DNA of 64,000 bases, from the NCBI GenBank assembly GCA_035221665.1, contig CM069142.1, positions 34,348,001 to 34,412,000 of the forward strand. Reading direction: 5' to 3'. Origin of the DNA: Okamejei kenojei. Taxonomy: Eukaryota. Shown piece after piece: positions 39,060 to 51,205 of the stretch (positions are counted from its first letter, which is position 1; the number at the start of each line of letters is the position of its first letter). The notes beneath the pieces were generated by a model that worked only from the letters and a program-made list of their open reading frames with translations, was not told the DNA's origin and searched no databases. The translations under genes were made by a program, and so were the position numbers.

Positions 39060-40240
39060 TCCAGCAAATCTGGAGAAAAGGAATAGATGACTTTTCGGGT
39101 CGAGACCTTCCTTCAGACTGAGAGGGAGCAGGAAAAGTTGAGATATGAAAAGGCATGAAGAACAAATTTCATAAGTCATGGGAGTAGAATTAGGCCATGT
39201 GGCCCATCAAGTCTACGCTGACATTCCATCATGGCTGATCTGTAGTTCCCTCGCAACCCCATTCTCCTGCCTTCTCCCCATAACTCCTGACACTAATCAA
39301 GAACCTATGAATCTCCAACTTAAAAATATCCATAAAAAATGAATGGTGTACAAAAGAGCAAATCAAAGCCAGCAATGATGATCAAGGAAATGTGGAGCCC
39401 ACAATGGTCCATTGTAGGCTGTGGAGAAGGTGATAATGAGTGAAACTAAGCAGGACGACAGTTGTACTAGTCGGAAGACTAGGGTGGGGGAGGGACAGAG
39501 AGCAAGGGTTACTTGAAGTTAGTGAAATCAATTTTCATACTGCTGGGTAGTAAGCTGCCCAAGCGAAATATGAGGTGCTTGTTCCTTCAATTTGTGTGTG
39601 GCCTCTGACAATGGAGGAGGCCCAGGACGGAAAGGTCAGTGTGGGAATGGGAGGGGGAGTTAGAGAGCTTGGTAACCAGGAGGTCGTGTAGGCCAAGGCG
39701 GGCTTGGCGAGGTGTTCAGCGAAGCGCTGGCCCGGTCTGCGCTTGTTCTCGCCGAAATATAGAAGTGCACACTGTGAACAGTGTATACAGTAGTTGAGGT
39801 TGGAGTTTAATAGTTCAGTCGTGCTTTATTTGTCACAAATTAAAGTGCATATATTACACATGCGATATATTACGCTATTTCTGGTTGCATTATTCAAAGT
39901 CCAAAGTCTGGTCGGCCCGCCTGGCCATCTTTGGCTCCCAAGGGCGCCTCCTGCAGCCCAGGTTAAAGGCGTTGGAGGCATAACCCTGGATCACCCGCCT
40001 CCGTGGGGAGGTGCAAGTGAACCTCTGCCTCACCTGAAAGGACTGCCGTGGTCCCTGGGCAGAGTCGAGGGAGGAGGTATAGCGACAGGCGTTGCACCTC
40101 CTGTGGTTGCAGGAGAAAGTACCTGGAGAGGGGGTGGTTTGGGTGGGAAGGGATGTGTTAACCAGGGAGTTGCGGAGGGAAGGGTCTTTGCGGAAAGGGG
40201 TGGAGATGGGAAGATGTGCTGCATGGATCCCTCGAGAGGA
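39060..40240 (-). mobile_element. Penelope-like fragment interrupted by CR1 and other repeats
   Basis: Degenerate homology to 58410-59060 (atatgaggtg..atggaggaggcccaggacgg..; tgttcagcgaagcg). Confidence 0.75.
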
Positions 40241-42628
40241 GAGCGGACTGGGGGCAAACCTCCCATGCCCTGGGCGACGCTCTGGGGCTTCCGAGGTCGG
40301 CTGCGGGAGGCGAGGGGACGGGAATGTCAGTATTATTTTCTTTGGTGGATAATTCTTCTCAGCATTGAGTCCCTTTGCAATTCTATTCTAGCACCTTGTT
40401 ACTCAATGTGCAAGGAACTGCAGGCGCTGGAATCTCAAGCGAAACACAAAGTGCTGGAGAAACTCAGCGGGTCAGGCAGCATCTGTGGAAGGAAATGGAC
40501 AGAACACATCTCCCTCCACACACACACTGCCTGACCTGCTGAGTTCCTCCACCAGTTCGTGCTTCACTCAAGATTTCAGCTTATTCCATACACCCACCAC
40601 CATTTGTGTGAAATGTTACCCCTCAGGTTCTTATTAAATCTTTCCTCCCTCACCTTAAACCTATGTCCTCTGGTTCTCGATTCCCCTACTTGGGCAAAAG
40701 ACTCCCGATCTATTCCACTCGTGATTTTGTACACCTCTATGAGATCATCCCTCATCCCTCTGCATTCCTAGGAATAGTCCTAGCCTGCTTAACCTCTCCC
40801 TGTAGCTCCGGCCCTTGTGTCCTGGCAACACCCTCGTAAATCTTCTCTGTACCCATTCCATCTTATGGCTGAACAAATTCCTTTTTTTTTTTCACATTCA
40901 AAGAACCAGCATGAAATTGAAAATCGTTTGACGTTACCGAATCTTGTGGAGACAAGGAGAACCGCAGATGCTGGGATCTTGCGTAGAGCATAAAGTGCTG
41001 GAGGAACTCGGCGGGTCAGGCAGCATCTGTGGAGGGAATGTATGGGCGACCTTTCAATCTGATGAAGGTGTCCACCAGAAACGTCACCCATCTGTGTCCT
41101 CCACAGATGCTGTCTGACCCAATGAGTTTCTCCAGCACTTTGTGGCTCTTTTTGTAAAGCAGCATCTGCAGTTCATTGTGTCCACATGTGTGGAGTTTGC
41201 ATGAACTGGCTGTGATGGCCTGTGGTTCTCTCAAGTGCTCCGACGCTGGTTGTGAATATAATGGTTGCTGTAAATGCACAACTGGGACAGAAAACTGAGG
41301 AGCGTGGTGGAGTGAGGGGCATGTGAGAAAGAATAAGCTGCAGGAAAATGCAGGGACTGGTGGAAATGCTCTGAAAGCTGGCATTGACTTGATGGGGTGA
41401 ATGGCCTCGAATGTCCCAGGGAAACATGAGAGGTGTAACAAAAGTAGTGGAGAGGAAACGTGAGTGAAATGTATTCTGGAAAAGTGATAAAATGTTCTGT
41501 AGTCCTTCATAAGGTTGTTCACTGAAATAGAAGCTTGTGAAATTGAATGCAAAATTTATTGATCTAGCTAGGAAACTGGCTGAGTAGTATGAGAGGCTGT
41601 AAAGGTAATGGCTGTGTAGGCGTGACAAGTGGCATCCCTCAAGGTTAGGTAATCTAAGTCCAACTATTCACTTTTTATACCCACGTTTCATGACTAACTG
41701 TGTATCCATTCTCGCTAATGATTCAGACGTAAAGGACTTTGACATTATTATAGATAAATTAAGATTCAAAGATTCATTGAATGAGCAATACTGCTGAGAG
41801 ATTTCAGCCTAGACAAGTGTGAAGTCATTCATTTTAGACATTAAAGTGACAATGTACAGTAGATAACACCGAACCAGTGTGAGTGGGTTGCTGAGGACTC
41901 ATTGGGTCTAAGGACCTTTTTTGCAATGCAGTATCACTCAACTAAACTAAAGTTGATCGATTGATTTGAGCAACGCCAAAACAAAATTTCAACCTCGATT
42001 GTAGACATAAAGAATGGATAGAACATAGATAGAACGTAGAACAGTACTGCACAGGAACAGGCCCTAAGGCCACAATGTCTGTGCCGATCATGCTGCCAAG
42101 ACCAAGGCACGTGGTGCTGGAGTAACCCAGCGGGACGAGCAGCATCTCTGGAGAACATGGATGAGTGACATTTTGGGTCAGGAACTTAATTCAGATTGAA
42201 AGTGCCCCACCCAAAACGTTACCTATCCATGTTCTCCAGAGATGATGCCTGATCCGCTGAGTTACTCCAGGACTTAGTGTCTTTTTATGTAAACCAGCAT
42301 CTACAGTTCCTTGTATCTGCATGATGCCAAGGCAGGAGAATGGGGTTGAGAGGGAAAGATAAATCAGCCGAGATTCAATAACATTATGTGCCGACATTAT
42401 GGGCCAATTGGCCTAATTCTGCTCATATGACGTGTGAATTATGAATTTATCACTTCCTGTCCCTAATAATCTGAAGCTATTTGTTTACATAAATATGCTG
42501 CTATGGCGATGAGGAATATCTTTCCATTGTTGAGGCTTAGACAATGTTCGTGTTTACCAGCTGCTGGATTCTGTTTCTGAAAGCAGTGCTGAACAAGACT
42601 GTGGACAGACTGGCAGATTAATGGAGTA

Positions 42629-43010
42629 CAGGTCCACCACCGATTTTCCGTCAACTGGTGGTCCAGCACCTCCTATAATCCGGACAAAATTACGAGAGTG
42701 CACTTAAAATCCGTCCCCCTAAAAATGTGGTGCCTGGGCCAGGTTAGGCAGCCGATCGCGACCGCATCGGGATATCGCGGCCGATCGGCGGGTTGCTGTT
42801 GCAGCTGGTGCTCTGGAACTCCAGCCCGACCGGAGCCGGCAGAACTGTTCCCGTAGCCAACTTTGCGGCCTGTATCTCGGCCCCTCAGCTGCCGAGGTGG
42901 AGGGGCCGACAGAGTTCACAGACTCCAAGAGGAGTTGAACGCTACCGTGACCCCTGTTGGTCCGTCAAAACGGATAATCCGGAAAGATTCTGGAATCAAG
43001 TGTGCTGGAA
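42629..43010. mobile_element. Tc1/mariner (Tigger-like) MITE remnant
   Basis: TA|CAGGTCCACCACCGATTTTCC start; partial inverted match near 42991-43010; GC-rich interior. Confidence 0.45.
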
Positions 43011-43605
43011 GGTCTTGGCATGTCCACACTGTTAATTGTTAATTAATTAGACTATTATTCTAGTTCCTTAAAAAGCACATAAGACATAGGAGCAAAATTA
43101 GGCCATTTGATCCGTCAAGTCTACTTTGCCATTTGATCATGGCTGATCTATCTTTCCCTCTCAACCCCATTCTCCTGCCTTCTCCCCATACTAATCAAGA
43201 GCCTGTCAATTTCTGCTATAGATTCCCGGTGACTCGGTCTCCACAGACGTCTGGACCAGGCACAAATATGACTGATAGTAATCTATTGACTGTGTTACAA
43301 TAGATATGTTGGAATTCAGAAATGGGTGATTTCAGAGCGTGTGATCGATGGCCGGCAGGGACACCGCGGGCTGAAGGGTGTGTTTCCACGCTGTATCTCA
43401 AAACCACACTCCACTCCTTTAGCTATACTGTACATAGATACAATCAGTTCAAACCCAGTTACAATAGCTAGAGCAAAGTTAGCATTGTAGCGCATCACTT
43501 CCTCAGACAAAGCCTACGTTTTGGGGTTTTGAAAAAGCTAGTTCACATATATGGGACTCTTAATGACGTTTATATTTTACAAAGGCAGTATAGTTCATGT
43601 CCGAC

Positions 43606-44225
43606 AGAGGTTCATAGAGACCAAGCGGAGGCATGGCGATCGTTTCGCCGAACACCTCCGCTCGGTCCGCATTAACCAACCCGACCTCCCGGTGGCTCAG
43701 CACTTCAACTCCCCCTCCCATTCTGTATCCGACCTCTCGGTCCTGGGCCTCCTCCACGGCCAGAGTGAGCAACACCGCAAGTTGGAGGAACAGCACCTCA
43801 TATTCCGCTTGGGGAGTCTGCATCCTCTGGGCTTGAACATTGAATTTTCTCAATTCTGTTAACCCTTGCTGCTTCCTCCCCTTCCCACCTCTCCCTCAGC
43901 CCTCGGGCCCTGGCATTCCGCTATCTCTCTATCTCCCTCCCCCACCCTAGTCGCACCAGCTTCTCATTTTCACACCACAAACAGCTTACAATAGCTTGTT
44001 CCCTTTATTATCGATACTTTTTTGCATATCTTTCATTCATTGTTCTTTATCTCTCCACATCACCGTCTATATCTCTCGTTTCCCTGATCCCTGACCAGTC
44101 TGAAGAAGGGTCTCGACCCGAAACGTCGCCTATCTCCTTCGCTCCTTAGATGCTGCTGCACCCGCTGAGTTTCTCCAGCCCTTTGTGTACCCTCGATTCT
44201 CCAGCATCTGCAGTTCCTTCTTTAA
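43606..44225 (+). mobile_element. Penelope-like element 3' fragment
   Basis: IETKRRHGDRFAEHLRSVRINQPDLPVAQHFN..EEQHLIFRLGSLHPLGLNIEF* then terminal repeat. Confidence 0.9.
44097..44130 (+). ncRNA. Minimal type-I hammerhead ribozyme-like motif in a Penelope terminus (best-preserved copy)
   Basis: CTGAAGA (44100-44106), A, stem II GGGT-CTCG-ACCC, GAAA, CGTC. Fits CUGANGA..GAAA..UH with a palindromic ACGU helix III, as known for PLE minimal hammerheads. Confidence 0.65.
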
Positions 44226-44307
44226 CACAATGGTTCATGAGAAATGCTAGTTCCCGAGACAGCATAGTAAGATACATCTGTTTAAAGTTGGGAGAGGGAG
44301 GGTAGCT

Positions 44308-44876
44308 TTATTTTTTTATTTTATTTTTTTATTAGAAGCAAATGTACAAGAGTAGAACAAACGGCATATAAAATTATACAGTTATTGTACAGCTTCAATT
44401 TTGACTTTTTAGCTTTGAATTAGAAGAAAAGAAAAGAGATGGGAGCAAGAAAGAGAAAAAGTAAGAGGTGCAAAGATAGGACCCCTAGACTGCCAAAGTA
44501 GTGTGGTCAAAGAGTGGGTAAAAGAAAGAAAGGAGAGAGGAATAGAAAAAAAAGGACAAAAAGAAAAAGCGAGAGAAAAGTGGTGAAATACCTGCCTCTC
44601 GTCCCTCCCCACCCACCTCACCCAACCCATAGTTAGATTTAAATCCAAAGTTGAGCTGTGCCATACTATCCTTGGAAGAAATCGGTGAAGGGTGTCCGTG
44701 TCCTGGAAAAATGATCTGGTTTTTCTGCCAAGACAAGTCTAATATTTTCAAGATGTAGTGTCTCTGACGTGTTTGTAATCCACATCTTAAGAGTAGGGAC
44801 TGACGTATGTTTCCAAAATGTAAGTATTCGTTTTTTCGCCGTTATCGGGCCATAATTAAGGAAACGTCTTTGGAAT
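44308..44876 (-). mobile_element. 5'-truncated L1-clade LINE with A-rich tail and 15-bp TSD
   Basis: Minus frame ..AKKRILTFWKHTSVPTLKMWITNTSETLHLENIRLV..* (stop 44666-44668) resembles fish L1 ORF2 C-termini; TSD agagggagggtagct at 44293-44307 and 44877-44891. Confidence 0.85.
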
Positions 44877-46924
44877 AGAGGGAGGGTAGCTGAATTAGTT
44901 TGTCACGATCGACCATCGTGGTGCAGCGGTAGAGTTGCTGCCTCACGGCGCCAGAGATCCGCGTTCGATCCTCACTGCAGGTGCAGTCAGTACGGAGTTT
45001 GTACCTTCTCCCTGTGATAGCGTGGGTTTCCTCCGGATGCTCAGGTTTCCTCCCACAAAGACGTGCAGGTTTGTTGCTTCTGTAAACCGTCCCCAGTGTG
45101 TAGGATACAACTACTACACAAGGTGATCGCTGGTCGGCATGGACTTGGTGGGCGGAAGGGCCTATTTCCACTCTGTATCTCTAAAACGTAACTATACCAC
45201 CTGCAGTGGGTATAATGGAAAATTCACACATCCATTTCAGGGACGAATGAGGGAGTTTGCATCTCATCAGATGTCACGGGATATTGGGTTTCTATTTAGC
45301 TTAACATTACGATGTTGGTCCTAACTGGATTTGTCTATCAGAATATTTCCAGATGGAGGACTTCAGCACTCCACTGACACGATATTTCAAGTTCTTCCCC
45401 CCGGTGAAGTTGGGAACTAATTTGATTGGTGCATCTACTACATAAAGATACGCACCTCTGCAAATGATCCACATGCAAAACAGGCTCATGCACGTCAACG
45501 CTATGCTCCCAAGAATGTAATTTAAGGAACTTGGATGCAAATTTCATTCCCCATGTCTTAAAACATAGGAGCAGAATTAGGCCATTCGGCCCATCGAATG
45601 CCATTTGATCATGGCTGGTCTATCTATCCCTCTCAACATAACCTTTGACGTTCTTATAACATGCATCTTAAGTCCAGTGAAGTAGAAGGGACTTGAACTA
45701 TTGACTGCAACAATGCACCAGTATGCTGGTTTATCAAAGAAGGACACAAAGTACTGGAGTAACTCAGAGGGTCAGGCATCATCTTTGGAGGATATGGATT
45801 GGTGACGTCTCGGGTCGTGATCCTTCTTCAGACTGAGGGATGGGGTGGTGCAGGGGAGGGGATTCAGCACTGGGTCTGCCCCTTCTATGACTCCAGACCC
45901 CGCCCCCCCCCCCCCAAAAAGACTGAAGAAGGGTCTCGACCCGAAACGTTGTCTTCCCCTCCCTCCACAAATGCTGCCTGACCTGCTGAGTTCCTCCAGC
46001 ACTGTCTGTTTTCACAAAAGTGGTGCCGCAAACCTGCCTTGCCAGAAACATCCGTGATCCATGAATGAATTAAAAAAAAAACATCTTTGTTAAGGTTGAA
46101 AACAGCAAACGATGGATACACAATATTGTTTTCCAGAGATGCTACCTGACCTGCTGAGTTACTCCAGCACTTCATGTCTTTTTGGCTTGCAAACCAGCAT
46201 CTGCAGTTCCTGTGTCCCTCTGAATTCCAAGATGGCATCCAATCCAGGCGACACTCTGCGTTCTGGCCCCAGAAGCGGATGTGAAATCACACGTTACAAT
46301 TGCTCCACTCTTTTAAACCTTCACTCCCAACAGCAGCATTTCTTACTTTTTTATAATGTATATTTTCCTAACGTTTTTAATTAAAAAAATAAGGAGCATA
46401 TTTTTTCAGATTGACGGGAAAGTATTATTGTCTAACGAGATAAATATTAAATAAGGAAAGGGAACTGCTTTAAGCAGATAAAACCTTGGGTGCTGGATTT
46501 CTGAAGTTATTGCCCAGTCTCCCGCAAGCTCCAAGACTTCTTTGTTCATGTTTCTTTTGTGCTACGCAACCCTACAAAGTAATCTAATCTTGCATAATTT
46601 GGTAACCCTGGACACCAATTCTTAATATGCAATAAAATCTGGCAGTGAGTACTGTACACAGTTCATCAATTGCTTTTATTATCGCCACTTTGTTCTTGGT
46701 TAGAAGGTGAGGAATCTTGCCTACGCTCTCACCTCAACAGACTGAACAGTAGATTTATCTCTAGTCCTAGGGCCTTCACGTTTGTGTTCCTCAATTGTTC
46801 AATACTACCTTTTTGTCACATGTACCCAGATACAGTGACATTATTTGCTTTGTATCGATGACATAATGTTTCCTCATTTCAAGACTGAAGTTGAGGTTCT
46901 AATGTATCTCTTGAAAGTAGATCA

Positions 46925-47375
46925 GAAGACTTTACGAGGATGTTGCCAGGTCTCGAGGGCCTGAGCTATAGGGAGACGTTAAGCAGGCTAGAACTCTGTT
47001 GAGGGGGTGATCTTATTGAGGTGTACAAGATCATGAGGGGAATATATCAGGTAGGTACACAGTCTCTTGCCCAGAGTAAGGGAATCGAGAACCATAGAAT
47101 AGAGGTTTAAGGCGAGGACAGAAAGATTTGATAGGAACCTGCAGGGTCACTTTTTCACAAGGCGTGATGGGTTTCTGGAACTAGCTGCCAGAGGAGGTGT
47201 TGAGGCAGATACTATTCCAATGTTTAAGATCCATTTTGACAGGTACATGGATAGGACAGGTTTAGAGAGATACGGGCCAAACGCAGGCAGGTGGGACTAG
47301 TGTAGATAGAACATGTTGGTCGGTGTGGGCAAGTTGGGTTGAAGGGCCTGTTTCCACACTGTATGACTCTACAAG
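46925..47375 (+). mobile_element. HER1/CR1-like LINE 3' fragment
   Basis: Degenerate CR1 C-terminal coding and a 3' tail (gaagggcctgtttccacactgtatgactct) shared with the SINE tails. Confidence 0.85.
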
Positions 47376-48432
47376 AGTCTGCACCTGTACTATCTGAAGA
47401 GGGATTTCCACCCAATTGTAGTCTATCCATTCCCGCCAGAGATGAGTTCCTTCAGCACTTTGTGCTTTAATCTAGAAGGCATTGTTGTTTAATATTAGAA
47501 ATTAAAAGAACTGAAGCATTTAAAGTATTGTCTGCAGTTCTGGTCGCCCACTTCAGGAACAATGTGTAATGCTTTGTAGAGGGTGCAGAAGAGGTTTGCA
47601 AGGTTGTTGCCGAGATTGGAGGGTATTAGCTATAATGTGAGGTTAAACAGACTTGGGTTGTTTTTTCCCTGGAATATTGGATGTCGAGGGGAGACCTGAT
47701 AGAAGTATATAAAAATATGAGAGGCATAGATGTGGTGGACAGTCAGAACTTTTTTCCCAGGGTGCAATGTCAAATAGCTTTATGGTGAGGGGCAAAGTTT
47801 AAGCGAGATGTGTAGTGGCATTTAAGAAACTTTTTGATCGACACATGGTTATGCAAGTAATTGAAGGATAGGAATCATGTGCAGGCAAAGATGATTATAT
47901 AACTTGGCATCATGTTTCGCACGGACTATGTGGGCCGAAGGGCCTGATCCTGTGCTGTACCTTCTACCTGTTCTATGTTCAAAAACCCAATACGTCTGGA
48001 TTTTATATACTTTTATCTACAATAGTTGCACATTTTAAGAATGCAAAACTTAACATATTAGCTTCTAAGGTTATTCTCCATTCAGATCCTCCCCCTTTCT
48101 CTCTTTCCCTCTTATCCCCTCCATCCGTTCTCTCCCCACCCCCCCCCCCCCCCCCCCCCCCCAACTCTGCTCTGCAAATCCTTATCGGTAATATTTCCTG
48201 TGTTGCTTTGAGAGTCGGCTTCTATGGCGGATCTTGCATTGTAAATGCTGTATTCATTATTCTGCCTGATTAAGAAGATGCCAGCCTCTTTGCCAGTTCA
48301 TTGGGTTTTTTTTAATAACTACTTCCATTTTCAGCAATTTGCACTGCAAATTGGGGGCGGCACAGTGGAGCAGCTGGTAGAGATTCTGCTTCACCGCGTC
48401 AGAGCCCCGGGTTCGATCCTGACCTCACGTGC

Positions 48433-48436
<4 letters not shown>

Positions 48437-48472
<36 letters not shown>
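48437..48472. repeat. (TG)n microsatellite expanded inside a V-SINE
   Basis: Directly visible. Confidence 0.95.
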
Positions 48473-48473
<1 letters not shown>

Positions 48474-49525
48474 AGTTTGCTCATTCTCCCGATGACCACG
48501 TGGGTTTCCTCCGGGTGCTCTGGTTTCCTCTCTCATCCCAAAGAAGTGTGGGTTTGTGGGTCATTTAGCCCTCTGTGAATTGCCTCCCAGTGTGTGGGGA
48601 GTGGATGAGAAAGTGGATCACATAGAACTGTTGTGAACTGGTCTCATGGACACTGAGCCGACGGGCCTGTTACCACACAGTATCTCTAAAGCTACATTTA
48701 AATGAGCTACGATTTCTCACGGAGATTGGTTGATTGAGGAAATGAGCTGCCAGAAGTGGTAGTTGATTTAAACGTCATTTGGGCAGGTACATGGATAGGC
48801 AAGGTTTAGAGGGATATGATGTAGATGGGGCATCTTATCCGGTTTGTGCAAGTTGGGCCCAAGGGCCTGTTTCTATGTTGTATAGCTTTGTGACTACGTT
48901 GCTGAGAACTATATACTGCATTCTATCTTCCCCTTTGTTCTACCTGCTGTACTTGAGATTGACTTGATTAGATTCATGTATGGTATTATCTGAACTGTTT
49001 GCATAACACGAAAAACAAAAGGTTTTATTGTGCCTCAGTACACGTGACAATAATAAACCTAAATAAACAGCAGCAGTTAATTTTCGATCAAGTGTGGGCA
49101 TTATATTTGTTTCCCACTTGCAAGCACTTATAATATTCATGTTAGTTTGGATATGGTGAATTCTTATCTTGTCTACTCTGCCATTCCATCATGGCTGATC
49201 TATCTTTCCCGCTCAACCACATTCTCCTGCCTTCTCCACCTAACCCCTGACACCCTTACTAATCAAGAATCTTTCAATCTCCGCCTTAAAAATACTCACT
49301 GACTTGGCCTCCCCAGTCTTCTGTGGCAATGAATTCCACAGATTCACCACCCTCTGACTGAAGACATTCCTCCTCATCACCTTTCTAAAGGTACCTCCTA
49401 TTATTCTGAGCTGTGCCTTCTGGTCCTAGACTCTCCCACTAGTGGAAACATCCTCTCCACATCCACTCTGTCCTGGCCTAATTAGAAGAGTGTTAATCGT
49501 TTGCTTGTTTTTCTGTTTCTTGCAG

Positions 49526-49891
49526 GGCTGACTTTAGGTCGTGTAGTAAAAGTTCCGACCGGTCCCTTATACCGTGTGGTGAAAACGCCCGTCAGTGTTC
49601 CCTGCAATGTCAGCGCCTACCAAGGGCCCTCTGAGCAAAATTTTGATTGGTTTGTGTCCCACAACGGCAGATTGGTGAAGGTGATCAGTACGTTGGAAGC
49701 CGAGTTTTCCGATGCAGAGTACAAGGACAAAGTTGCGTCCGGTGACATTTGGGTGGAGAGGCTGGGTGACAGCTCGGTTGAGCTGCGCTTCAGAAGTGTA
49801 AAGTTCGAGGATGAGGGGAGCTATCATTGCCAAACACCCAGTACAGACGAAAACAGTAATGGAAATTATGAAGCCCGTGTGAGCTTAAAGG
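49526..49891 (+). CDS. PTGFRN: PTGFRN-like exon 2, Ig-V domain 1
   Basis: Acceptor tttcttgcag|, donor G|GTAAGT, 366 nt. RVVKVPTGPLYRV..PCNVSAYQGPSEQNFDW..DEGSYHCQTPSTD..GNYEARV is the EWI-family D1 signature and resembles the PTGFRN N-terminus. Confidence 0.93.
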
Positions 49892-50104
49892 GTAAGTTCC
49901 ACCCTTTGTGCATTAATTTGCTATTAATTTTGATTGCATCTGTATAAATGTTTCTTAAACATTGTGATAGTACCTTCCTTAACTACCTCCTCCACATACC
50001 CACCACCCTTTGTGTGGGAAAAGTTAGCCTTCAGGTTCCTATTAAATCATTCCCCACTTTTTGTTTAGTTGGTAATCTTGATGCATTCTTTTATCAGTGT
50101 GAAG

Positions 50105-50449
50105 GAGCGTTACAGCGTGGAAACAGGCCTTTTGTGCCACCTTGCCCACACCAACCAACATGTCCCATCTACACTAGTCTAGTATGTCAGCTTTGGGTCC
50201 ACATCCCTCCAAACCTGTCCTATCCGTGTACCTGTCTAATTGTTTCTTAAACGTTGCAATAGTCCCTGCCTCAACTACCTCCTCTGGCTGCTCGTTTCAT
50301 ACACCCACCATGAAAGAGTTACCCCTCTAGATTCCTATTATATCTTTCTCCCTTCACCTTAAACCTTTGTCCTCTGGTTCTCGATCTCGCTACCCTATGC
50401 AAGAGACACTGTGCGTTTACCCGACCTAATCCTCTCATGATTTCATACA
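50105..50449 (-). mobile_element. HER1/CR1-like LINE 3' fragment abutting the exon 3 acceptor
   Basis: Reverse complement aligns by eye to the plus-strand copy at ~47010-47370; RTRGQRFKVKGERYNRNL motif. Confidence 0.88.
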
Positions 50450-50450
50450 G

Positions 50451-50879
50451 TGATTCCTGATAAACTCGCTGTGCTGCCTGCAAAGTCCAGAAGCCTAACC
50501 AACACAAACCACACAGAAGGGACGCCAATGGACATACAGTGTGTTGCATCAACGTCAACATCATCAACCGTTTCCACACATCTCTCCGTCACGTGGCAGT
50601 TGACCAAAAACGGAGGTGGTCCAGAGGACATCCTGTCCTTCACTGCAGATGACCAGTTACTACCCGGGGCCTCGTACACCGATCGATATTGGCAGGGCGA
50701 CGTTAGGATGAGCTTGGAGGGAAACGGTGTCTTCAGACTCGTCGTTGACCACTTGCAGCTGGAGGACAGTGGTGTCTACTCTTGTGTGGCAGCCGAGTGG
50801 GTCAAAGAAGATGGCTTCAACTGGAAGAAGCTCCATGAGAAAGAGGCAACCATCAAAACCATCACAGTTCTGCCACTAG
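50451..50879 (+). CDS. PTGFRN: PTGFRN-like exon 3, Ig-V domain 2 (EWI motif position, here EWV)
   Basis: Acceptor tttcatacag|, donor AG|GTACCT, 429 nt, phase 1-1. VIPDKL..IQC..THLSVTW..DSGVYSCVAAEWVKE. Confidence 0.92.
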
Positions 50880-50939
50880 GTACCTCGTTGCCAGATCCTC
50901 AGTCGGATTTTGGCAGATAGGTGAACCGCCCATTTTAAT

Positions 50940-51205
50940 GGGTGGATCCACAGTTTGGATGGAGCTGGTGGGACAGGTGTGAAGAGGGAGGTGGTGGGAC
51001 GGACATGAAAGGGAGTTGGGAGGAACATGAGGAGAGAGTAAGGACAGCCATGAAGAGGGAGTTGGGACAGACGTGGAGGGAGTTGGTGGGACGAGCTTGG
51101 AGTGAGTTGGTGGGTCAGGAGTTGGGACGGGGAGTGAGGAGGGAGTTGGGATGGGCTTGATGAAGGAGTTGGGACGGGAGTGAGGAGGGAGGTTGGTGGG
51201 ACGAG
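50940..51205. repeat. Degenerate G-rich tandem repeat (gagggagttgg(tg)ggac)
   Basis: Repeated units just downstream of exon 3. Confidence 0.75.

Noticed and set aside
39794-40534. 246-aa plus-strand ORF
   Set aside because: Runs antisense across Penelope remnants and other repeats; no domain.
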